A stretch of 32,000 nt of DNA from Edaphobacter aggregans (GCF_003945235.1 NZ_RSDW01000001.1:1980001-2012000), one strand, 5' to 3'. Shown: positions 25,453-32,000, counted from the first letter of the stretch. Notes: generated from the sequence alone by a model not told the origin. Numbers and translations are program-made.

Positions 25453-26646
25453 CTAGCCCAGCGTAGCGAAGTACTCTCGCATCCGCTTCACACCCTCATC
25501 CACAACATCGTGCGACACAGCATATGACAGCCGAATATGCTCGCTAGTCCCGAACGCCTCGCCCGGAACCACAACCACATGCGCCTCGCTCAACAACTTC
25601 GCCGCCAAGTCCGTCGCCGACTTCACGCCGCCCTTGCCGATAAAGTTCTTCACATTCGGATACACATAAAACGCCCCCTGAGGCATCGTGCAAGTCAGCC
25701 CCGGAATCGTCTCAAAGCCCGTCAGAATCTGGTCGCGCAGCTTGATGTAATCCGCACGCATCTCTCCGACGCAATCCTGCGGCCCACTCACCGCCGCAAT
25801 CGAAGCCCGCTGCACCATGCTCGCCGTATTCGACGTGCTCTGCGACTGCAGCTTGCTCATCGCCGCAATAATCGGCTTCGGCCCAAGAGCAAACCCCGCT
25901 CTCCACCCCGTCATCGCATACGTCTTCGACAGCGACCCCAGCACAACCACATGCTCCTTGCAATCCGTGAACGACCCACCGCTCACAAGCTGCCCGGTGA
26001 AGTTCAGATACACATAGCACTCATCCAGCAGCACATAAATCTCGCGCTTATGCGCCAGCCGAACAATCGCCTCCAGATCCTCAGGCGAAACCACCGCGCC
26101 CGAAGGATTCGACGGCGTATTCAAAATAATCGCCTTCGTCTTCGGAGTAATCGCAGCCTCAATCATCTTCGCCGTAATGCGAAAGTTCTCCGACTCCTGG
26201 CTCTCCACCGGAACCACCACACCGCCCGCATACTGAATGATGTCCTTGAACGACACCCAGTACGGTACCGGCAGAATCACCTCGTCGCCATGATCGACCA
26301 GCACCTGGATCGCATTGAACAGCGCCAACTTACCGCCCGTCGTAAACACACACTCGTCCGGCGTGTAGTCCGACCCAAAATCACAAGCATGACGATCCAC
26401 AATCGCCCGCCGGACCTCCGGAATACCCGCGACATTCGTATAGCGGGTAAAGTTCTTCTCGATCGCCTCAATCGCCGCGTCCTTGATGTGCCGCGGAGTA
26501 GCAAAGTGAGGTTCACCCGCGCCAAAGTCCGCCAGGTTCACACCTTCTGACTTCAACTTCAGCGCCGCCGCCGTGATCGCCATCGTCGCCGAAACTTCAA
26601 TGCGGCCGATGCGGTCCGCAAATATCTTGGTTGCCGTTGTGCTCAT
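25453..26646 (-). CDS. Pyridoxal-phosphate-dependent aminotransferase, class I (aspartate aminotransferase-like)
   Basis: 397 aa. The PLP-lysine context is SLSKTYAMTGWRAGF; NPSGAV and PYWVSF are also present. GAGG lies 2 nt upstream of the ATG. Confidence 0.88.
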   Translation of the reverse strand: MSTTATKIFADRIGRIEVSATMAITAAALKLKSEGVNLADFGAGEPHFATPRHIKDAAIEAIEKNFTRYTNVAGIPEVRRAIVDRHACDFGSDYTPDECVFTTGGKLALFNAIQVLVDHGDEVILPVPYWVSFKDIIQYAGGVVVPVESQESENFRITAKMIEAAITPKTKAIILNTPSNPSGAVVSPEDLEAIVRLAHKREIYVLLDECYVYLNFTGQLVSGGSFTDCKEHVVVLGSLSKTYAMTGWRAGFALGPKPIIAAMSKLQSQSTSNTASMVQRASIAAVSGPQDCVGEMRADYIKLRDQILTGFETIPGLTCTMPQGAFYVYPNVKNFIGKGGVKSATDLAAKLLSEAHVVVVPGEAFGTSEHIRLSYAVSHDVVDEGVKRMREYFATLG

Positions 26647-26709
26647 ACCTCTAGTGTGTCAGATTTGCCCCCCGAGATAAAGCACACCCCCAACGAATCC
26701 CGATTTACG

Positions 26710-27492
26710 CTATCTGCCAATCAGCCGCAGAATCTGACCCGCAGCATCGGCAACATCGGTCCGGCACCCAGCGTAACAAGTGGCACCCGCCACCGCATGT
26801 TGGAATACCCTCACCAAATCTGGCGATTCCGCCAAAACATGAGGCGTGTTCCGCAATAGGGTCAGCAATCCTTCGCTTTGAGGCATCGCCGCCACACTCC
26901 AGGTACATTCAGGCCGATACTCCAGCGCCAAAACCCAGCCAACCGGCGCCGGCGCATCCCCAATCGAAGCATTGCATTCGCCCGGCAGCACCGGGAATTG
27001 CTCAGGGCAGCCATTCCGCAGCAACAAAGGCCGAGGATATGGGTGCACCCGCCCCTCGGAATCGATCAGCGCATACTCATCGGAAAAATAGGTAGCGCCC
27101 CGCCGCAACAGCTCTGCCACCAGCGACGATTTTCCCGAATGCGTGACCCCCGGCAGCAGCAACACCCGTTCGCCCCACAGAACGGCGCCCGCATGAACGG
27201 CGTGCAGCGTCGTCAGGTGCTGGATCACAGCCTCGTCCAACACCCTGATGAGGTCCGGCACCAGGCTGATCGCTTGACCAGCCGATGCCACCACCGCATC
27301 GTCAACTGACAACTGAAATTGATCCGAAACCCGAACTAGGCGGATGGAGATATCAGGCTTCTCCGCGCCGCCAACCAATCGCGGTAGCGAAGGAAAAACA
27401 TAGCGTTCTAGGATGGCATACGTTTCAAGGCACTCCGCCGCCACTTGAATATGGCAGCCAAAAGCGCGAACCTCAAAACCGAGAGTGGGCAT
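26710..27492 (-). CDS. HPr kinase/phosphorylase-related P-loop kinase (HprK C-terminal-domain-like)
   Basis: VHAGAVLWGERVLLLPGVTHSGKSSLVAELLRRGATYFSDEYALID aligns by eye with the HprK catalytic domain (VHGVLV..G.GVLI.G.SGVGKSE.ALEL..RGH.L.ADD). The Walker A GVTHSGKS is at 27127-27150. GAGG lies 4 nt upstream of the ATG. Confidence 0.7.
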   Translation of the reverse strand: MPTLGFEVRAFGCHIQVAAECLETYAILERYVFPSLPRLVGGAEKPDISIRLVRVSDQFQLSVDDAVVASAGQAISLVPDLIRVLDEAVIQHLTTLHAVHAGAVLWGERVLLLPGVTHSGKSSLVAELLRRGATYFSDEYALIDSEGRVHPYPRPLLLRNGCPEQFPVLPGECNASIGDAPAPVGWVLALEYRPECTWSVAAMPQSEGLLTLLRNTPHVLAESPDLVRVFQHAVAGATCYAGCRTDVADAAGQILRLIGR

Positions 27493-27506
27493 AGCCTCGC
27501 GTCAGT

Positions 27507-27532
27507 AATGTCTGTCCAGAAAAACAGACATT
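27507..27532 (-). promoter_or_regulatory. Intercistronic RNA hairpin just upstream of the kinase ribosome-binding site
   Basis: aatgtctgt (27507-27515) is the perfect reverse complement of acagacatt (27524-27532), with an 8-nt loop. On the mRNA strand it ends 14 nt before the kinase AUG. Confidence 0.5.
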
Positions 27533-27645
27533 CATAATCCTGCACACAGCGATCGGAGCAAGATGGCTTGGAGCAGATGGCTCGATTGCGAATAAGCCGA
27601 GGGATGCAAAGAAGACGTTCTTGTCTCTGCACCCACTCAAAATGT

Positions 27646-28092
27646 TCAGCTATGCGGCTTCGGAACTGGCACAGGTGTGGGTGGGGGCGGAGGCGTGGGC
27701 GTCGGACGTATAACCGAAGACGCTTTTTGCGCGTAGGCTCGTTGGTCTGCAACAGATAACGCCACGACGAGCGGCAGCGCGGCAGCGCTCACCGTTCCGA
27801 TGAATTCGCGACGGGTCGCCTTTGAGGCCCCCCATGTCTTCACCAGTTTCTTGTCGTTCAGTTGCAGAATCGCCTCTTCTGCCAGTTCTTCATTTACCGC
27901 TGGGTCGAACGAGCGCTGCATGCCTTCTGTCACTCTGGCGAGTGTCGTCGGATCACTGCATGCGTCCCAGGCTGCGCCGGCCATCGCGTTCAATGCGAAA
28001 ACCGTCTCGTTTTTAGCGTCGACAATAACTTTTGAACCGTCGGGAAGTTGATTGATTACCAAGGCATCTGAATTGGTGCGTTCTACCTGCAT
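27646..28092 (-). CDS. PqqD-family (RRE-like) domain protein fused to an internal twin-arginine/TM segment and a Pro-rich C-terminal tail
   Basis: GAGG lies 7 nt upstream of the ATG. Residues ~8-84 fit the PqqD pattern (VIVDAKNETVFALNAMAGAAWDACSDPTTLARVTEGMQRSFDPAVNEELAEEAILQLNDKKLV). TRREFIG follows at 27796-27816, then the hydrophobic TVSAAALPLVVALSVA, then AYA-Q, then the tail QKASSVIRPTPTPPPPPTPVPVPKPHS. Confidence 0.7.
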   Translation of the reverse strand: MQVERTNSDALVINQLPDGSKVIVDAKNETVFALNAMAGAAWDACSDPTTLARVTEGMQRSFDPAVNEELAEEAILQLNDKKLVKTWGASKATRREFIGTVSAAALPLVVALSVADQRAYAQKASSVIRPTPTPPPPPTPVPVPKPHS

Positions 28093-28352
28093 ATACTGAC
28101 CTCTTTTTTTGGAGTCTCAGCAAGGACGGGCCCACTCTCGGAATTCCGAAAGTGTACGCCCGCATGGTTATTTTGTGGCGGATTCTTTAGTAACCTGATG
28201 TATTTTTCTCACTCCCCCTGCAACGCCTTGCGGGGAGCGCCAATTCCGTGTAACCTCCTCTCTTCCAAGACATGGATCGCGATAGCGCTTTGCACGAGTC
28301 AAAGTGCAAGCTGCAACATATTGCGACATATGCAGCGAAGCGGAGGGGACGA

Positions 28353-29498
28353 ATGCAAGCCGATTGCGAGTCTTGCGAACTGCTGCTCCGTGCAATTGCC
28401 CAACCGGCCAATGCAGAGCAAATTCAGCGCGCTGCTGTTAAAGTTCGCGACTGGGATTCGGTCCTCAGGTTGGCGCACGAGCACCGTGTGTCCTCGATGC
28501 TTTTCTCGCGACTCGCAAACATGGTTCCCGCGGTCCCGCTGATCGTGCAGAACCGCCTTCGCGCCGAGTACGACAGCAACATGTTTCACAATCTCGCGAA
28601 TGCAGTGGAATTGCTTGCCGTACTCAAAGTACTCGAACACGAGATGATTCCGGCCATGCCGTTTAAGGGTGTCGTGCTGGGAGCGTCCATCTACCACGAC
28701 CCTACGACGCGCCCCGCCGGCGATCTGGATCTGCTCATCCACTACAGGCATCTCAAGCCAGCCATGGCTATTCTCCTCGAACGAGGATACGAACTGAAAA
28801 CTCTCGCGCGTGCCGATGGAATCCCGTTCGATCCGAACTACACCTACGAATACCGTTTCGAACGGAAAACTGACGGAATGATATTGGAGCTTGGCTGGAG
28901 ACTTGAGCTTGCCCAGCCAAAATTCAAACGCGATCTCGGTCTCGATTGGGTATGGCCAAGCCGGCGAACCACCATGCTGGCAGGTGCCGAAGTTCCAGAC
29001 ATGAGCCCCGAGATCACCTTGCTGGTGCTTTGTCTGCATGGGGGCAAGCACGCGTGGTCGCGGCTCATCTGGATCTGTGACGTCGCGCAGCTACTGGCTT
29101 CGTCTCCCGGCCTCGATTGGAAAGAAGTCGTCCACGAAGCGAAGAAGTCAGGACTATGCCGCACGCTCGCCTTGGGTGTATTGCTTGCGCATCAAGTCGC
29201 GGGCGCCACAGTTCCTCCGACTGTCCTGCGGCGCTTTGAAGCGGACACGACCGCACGCAACTTGGCGCAACATTTCCAGCAGAATTTGTTTGCCGCGCCG
29301 GGCATCACACCCATGGGCCGCATTCCTTACACCGTCCAGTTGCTCGACTTCCGCGATCAAGTCAGGTGGCTCTTGTCCTTTGACTTCCTGCGGCCAAATG
29401 AGAGAGATCGAGCAGCCCTCCAACTACCGAAGCCGCTCCACGCCCTCTACTATCTGATTCGCCCCTTCCGCATCTTTTGGGATAGATCGGCAAGGTAA
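28353..29498 (+). CDS. Nucleotidyltransferase family protein (PF14907 / NTP_transf_5-like, pol-beta superfamily)
   Basis: FKGVVLGASIYHDPTTRPAGDLDLLI (G..x..DxD; Asp codons at 28722-28730) and an N-terminal ELLLRAI...DWDSVLRLAHEHRVSSMLF helical region, which I recall as typical of this family. The ATG at 28353 has GGAGG 6 nt upstream and is preferred over the track start at 28272. Confidence 0.7.
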   Translation: MQADCESCELLLRAIAQPANAEQIQRAAVKVRDWDSVLRLAHEHRVSSMLFSRLANMVPAVPLIVQNRLRAEYDSNMFHNLANAVELLAVLKVLEHEMIPAMPFKGVVLGASIYHDPTTRPAGDLDLLIHYRHLKPAMAILLERGYELKTLARADGIPFDPNYTYEYRFERKTDGMILELGWRLELAQPKFKRDLGLDWVWPSRRTTMLAGAEVPDMSPEITLLVLCLHGGKHAWSRLIWICDVAQLLASSPGLDWKEVVHEAKKSGLCRTLALGVLLAHQVAGATVPPTVLRRFEADTTARNLAQHFQQNLFAAPGITPMGRIPYTVQLLDFRDQVRWLLSFDFLRPNERDRAALQLPKPLHALYYLIRPFRIFWDRSAR

Positions 29499-29714
29499 GC
29501 GCTGCTATCAGAAATGGTGTGAAGGACGATGCCCGTACAGTTCCAGTTCCGCACCATATCGTCTCAGAGAACCTTGACGACTCAACCCCTCAGGAAAGCC
29601 TGAAAAACACAAACCTGCGCCCAATCACACAGGATTTTCATCCAGCGAAGTCCACCCGCATGTCTAATGTTTTGAAGACTTTGCACACTCTACTCTGGGA
29701 GGGGGAGGGTACCC

Positions 29715-30209
29715 TTAAACCCGGCCCGGCACCTTAGCCTTCAACCGCTCCACCACCAGCGGCGGCACCAGCGCCGTCACATCTCCGCCCAACTGAAACA
29801 CCCCTTTGATCAGCCGCGAACTCACATACGTGTACTTCTCCGCCGGCATCATGAAAAGCGTCTCCAGCTCCGGGTCGAGCTTCCGGTTCATCATCGCCAT
29901 CTGAAACTCATACTCATAGTCCGAGATAGCCCGAATTCCCCGCAGCACAGCCTTGGCACCCTGCTGTCGCGCAAAGTCCACCAGCAATCCATCAAAGGTC
30001 GTCACCGTCACATTGCCGAAACCCCGTGTAGCCTCGGCGATCATCTCCTCGCGCTCGGGAACGGTAAACAGCGGCGTCCCCTTCTCCGCATTCCGCAGGA
30101 TCGCCACCACAAGGTAGTCGACGATCTTCGACCCCCGCGCAATCAGGTCGAGGTGCCCATTTGTCAGCGGGTCAAACGTCCCAGGATAGATTGCCTTTAC
30201 CGTATGCAT
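29715..30209 (-). CDS. coaD: Pantetheine-phosphate adenylyltransferase
   Basis: 164 aa with IYPGTFDPLTNGHLDLI (T/HxGH), RAISDYEYEFQMA and SSRLIK. Confidence 0.92.
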   Translation of the reverse strand: MHTVKAIYPGTFDPLTNGHLDLIARGSKIVDYLVVAILRNAEKGTPLFTVPEREEMIAEATRGFGNVTVTTFDGLLVDFARQQGAKAVLRGIRAISDYEYEFQMAMMNRKLDPELETLFMMPAEKYTYVSSRLIKGVFQLGGDVTALVPPLVVERLKAKVPGRV

Positions 30210-30267
30210 ACCACCAGAAGCATACTTGCTCCCACCTCCGCAGCCAACCCGACATTCTCGATGCAGC

Positions 30268-31461
30268 TCATCCCTGCCGCCCCGCCCCAGACGCCAGCTT
30301 GCCTTTCAGGCTCAGAAAATACTCCTCAAAGTACCGCCTCGACAGAAAACAAACCAGCACGCACGCCATAAAGACAATCACAAAACGAGCAAGCCCCGCC
30401 TGAAGCGACATTACCGTCGGCCGCACAAATCTCGACCGATCGAGCAACTTGTCATAGAGGTCGAACAGGAAGAGATGAAACATATACATCCCATAGCTGA
30501 TGTAACCCAAAAAGCGGAGCGGCGTCGTCCACCACAGCACCTGCGGTCCATCTCCCCACAAAAGCGCCACTATCACCAATCCGGCGAACAGCACATCGAA
30601 CGGCACCGCCTGAAATGCAGCCCCAGCCGGTGTCGCACGATGAAGCAGGTGCATCGACACGGCAATCCCAAGCAAGACCACACCCAGCCCCAGCAGCCCC
30701 ACAGTCAGCCGTCGCACATTGCGTAGCGTAGCGAACCGGGACCGCAGAAAGATTGCGATCAGCCCACCGATCGCCAGGTTATCGGCAATCAGCCACGTCA
30801 TCATGTGGGGGTCGCCCAAAGGTGGCCGTCCCATCTGCGACAGGAATCGCAGCACCGGGCAAACAACCAACATGGCCATGCAAACATACGCCAGCCGCCT
30901 CAATGTAAGGCGCCGAACTACCCACGGCCACACCAGATAGAACTGTTCCTCCACCGCCAGCGACCAGAACGGCCTATAGATACTGCCGCCAACGGGAAAA
31001 TACGAACTCAAATTCGCCATATTGAACAGGCACAAACCCACATAGCCCCACGTGATGTGAACCACCCTGGACAACCACACCAGTGTCACGACATAGAGCG
31101 GCAGAATGCGCAATGTCCGCCGCAGGTAGAAGTTCTTCCCATAGTTCTTCCGCCCGCGCGAGTCCAGCAGAATCCCCGTAATCAGAAACCCTGAAAGCAC
31201 AAAGAAAAGATTGACGCCCAGCCAGCCGAACGTAAAAGCATGAGACAGCCTTTCCAGCGCCGCACTCTCACCGCCACGTGCGCCAGGATTCCAGTACAGG
31301 CCGTGATAGAGCACGACCGACAGAACGGCGATCCCACGCAAGGCATCCAGCCCAGGCATCTCTCGCTTCAACAGAGGGGACCGCCCATCGCATGACCGTC
31401 GCGACTGGGAAGCCTCTGTAGAAGCCTTTGTACCCTCTAACGTATGCAAAGCAATGGTCAT
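30268..31461 (-). CDS. Acyltransferase family 3 (OafA/YrhL-like) integral membrane protein
   Basis: LDALRGIAVLSVVLYH N-terminal signature with about 10 hydrophobic helices. The start is either ATG 31461 or ATG 31359. Confidence 0.8.
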   Translation of the reverse strand: MTIALHTLEGTKASTEASQSRRSCDGRSPLLKREMPGLDALRGIAVLSVVLYHGLYWNPGARGGESAALERLSHAFTFGWLGVNLFFVLSGFLITGILLDSRGRKNYGKNFYLRRTLRILPLYVVTLVWLSRVVHITWGYVGLCLFNMANLSSYFPVGGSIYRPFWSLAVEEQFYLVWPWVVRRLTLRRLAYVCMAMLVVCPVLRFLSQMGRPPLGDPHMMTWLIADNLAIGGLIAIFLRSRFATLRNVRRLTVGLLGLGVVLLGIAVSMHLLHRATPAGAAFQAVPFDVLFAGLVIVALLWGDGPQVLWWTTPLRFLGYISYGMYMFHLFLFDLYDKLLDRSRFVRPTVMSLQAGLARFVIVFMACVLVCFLSRRYFEEYFLSLKGKLASGAGRQG

Positions 31462-31650
31462 CGGTGGCCGAACGGGTATTTGAGCCCCTAAAAACGTCTC
31501 TGCTCCTACCCGGCATTTTCTTCTTCGTATCTCTAAACAATCATGATTTCTATCGATTGCCTATGCCTCTTCCGTGACATGGCCGAAACAAAATAATTCG
31601 TCGCTTTGGTAGTCTTCACAGCAGCCTTGCCGTCTGTCTTTTATAGAAGT

Positions 31651-32000
31651 ATGGAAGCTGATCCCCTCATCCCGGTCACTGCAGAAACCATGCCCGCTCA
31701 CGCCACCATCGCCGGCACCTTCGACACAACGGACCAATCCCCCGCCACCCCATTCGACGACCTGGCCACCGTCATCGCTCTCTACGAGCAGCGCGTCTAC
31801 CGTTTTCTCCTCTCCTCCGTCCGCGACCCCGATCTCGCCCAAACCCTCACACAGGAAACCTTCCTCCGCGCCTGGACCTCCCGCGCCAGCTTCCGCTCCG
31901 ACTGTTCCATCGCCACCTGGCTCATGCGGCTCGCCCTCAATCTCGTTCGCGACCACACCCGTACCGAGCGCTTCCGCTTCTGGAAGCGCGCCTCGGCCAC
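31651..32000 (+). CDS. ECF-type RNA polymerase sigma-70 family factor, 3'-truncated by window edge
   Basis: It is absent from the ORF track because no stop is reached. My translation from the ATG at 31651 is MEADPLIPVTAETMPAHATIAGTFDTTDQSPATPFDDLATVIALYEQRVYRFLLSSVRDPDLAQTLTQETFLRAWTSRASFRSDCSIATWLMRLALNLVRDHTRTERF. This is the sigma region 2 pattern (..Y...VYRFL......A.DL.QETFLRAW.....F.....WL..IA.NL..D..R). C-ending codon bias fits a + strand gene. Confidence 0.8.
   Translation, partial: MEADPLIPVTAETMPAHATIAGTFDTTDQSPATPFDDLATVIALYEQRVYRFLLSSVRDPDLAQTLTQETFLRAWTSRASFRSDCSIATWLMRLALNLVRDHTRTERFRFWKRASA

Noticed and set aside
27472-27645. Candidate small precursor ORFs in the spacer: the 20-aa MNVCFSGQTLLTRGYAHSRF (ATG at 27534, - strand), and TTG/GTG-initiated 33-58-aa frames
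   Set aside because: The ATG has only AGGA at 2-nt spacing. The ORF is largely the hairpin sequence itself and runs into the kinase start. The alternative-start frames have no RBS. This cannot be supported without conservation or peptide data, but it is worth re-checking if homologous loci conserve a small ORF here.
27408-27759. Track ORFs 27408..27752 (-, 114 aa) and 27568..27759 (+, 63 aa) across the PqqD/kinase spacer
   Set aside because: Both overlap the well-supported 3' end of the PqqD-fusion gene and/or the kinase start. They are Arg/Cys-rich and lack RBSs. I treat them as spurious rather than as hidden precursor genes.
28138-28149. Perfect 12-bp palindrome TCGGAATTCCGA taken as strong evidence for an operator
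   Set aside because: With a probability of about 1/4096 per position, several such palindromes are expected by chance in 32 kb. I kept it only as a positional note inside the divergent-region finding.
28299-29051. 250-aa - strand ORF inside the nucleotidyltransferase gene
   Set aside because: No motif and no RBS. The opposite strand carries the KG...DLDLL nucleotidyltransferase signature and a GGAGG-ATG start.
29519-29737. 72-aa + strand ORF, and a 24-aa ATG ORF at 29529 (MPVQFQFRTISSQRTLTTQPLRKA), downstream of the nucleotidyltransferase gene
   Set aside because: There is no convincing RBS (GAAGGA is only 2 nt from the ATG). The 72-aa frame overlaps the coaD 3' end. It has no features of a RiPP core and no terminal Ser. 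I cannot distinguish it from noise.
31462-31650. ECF-type autoregulatory promoter (GGAAC-N16/17-CGTC) upstream of the sigma factor gene
   Set aside because: I found only GAAAC followed 9 nt later by CGTCG (wrong spacing), and a CGTCT about 15 nt from the ATG without a matching -35. This is not supportable.
1-32000. CRISPR arrays, IS elements/transposases, prophage genes, rRNA genes, riboswitches
   Set aside because: Reading both strands, I saw no regularly spaced direct repeats, no transposase or integrase motifs, no rRNA-like sequence, and no leader long or structured enough upstream of ribF, mtnP or mgtC-like to call a riboswitch. An Rfam scan would be needed to exclude small structured RNAs.

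Overview
High-GC chromosomal segment. It is probably from an Acidobacteriota (Terriglobia-like) genome; this is inferred from a PEP-CTERM protein, a dispersed TTGTCAT..CTGAGC..GAAG..TTTTGCC intergenic repeat and the gene content, with no database search possible. I support 30 CDS (two cut by the window edges, one of them missing from the ORF track) and one tRNA-Met(CAU). Most genes are cell-envelope or housekeeping: an SPFH protein, a SPOR protein, plsC, an mpl-ldcA-dapF-like peptidoglycan-recycling operon, mgtC, a GT-C glycosyltransferase, a pfkB kinase, mtnP, ygfZ-like, DUF1844, an MBL hydrolase, ribF, PBP1A, an S41-like protein, kdsB, a manC-pmm-HAD operon, an aminotransferase, coaD, an acyltransferase-3 protein and an ECF sigma factor. 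The many long ORFs antisense to these genes are high-GC shadow ORFs. The most interesting region is 26.7-29.5 kb. It holds an HprK-like P-loop kinase, a 148-aa protein and a divergent PF14907-type nucleotidyltransferase. The 148-aa protein fuses a PqqD/RRE-like domain to an internal twin-arginine/TM segment and a proline-rich tail ending in Ser. These three families resemble the tailoring set of phosphorylated lasso-peptide clusters, but no cyclase, leader peptidase, exporter or separate precursor is present in the window. Other observations: the DapF homologue has both catalytic Cys replaced by Ser. The S41 peptidase homologue next to PBP1A lacks the Ser/Lys dyad. Synonymous codon choice flips with gene orientation across the whole window. 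All family calls rest on motifs read by eye and need HMM/BLAST confirmation.
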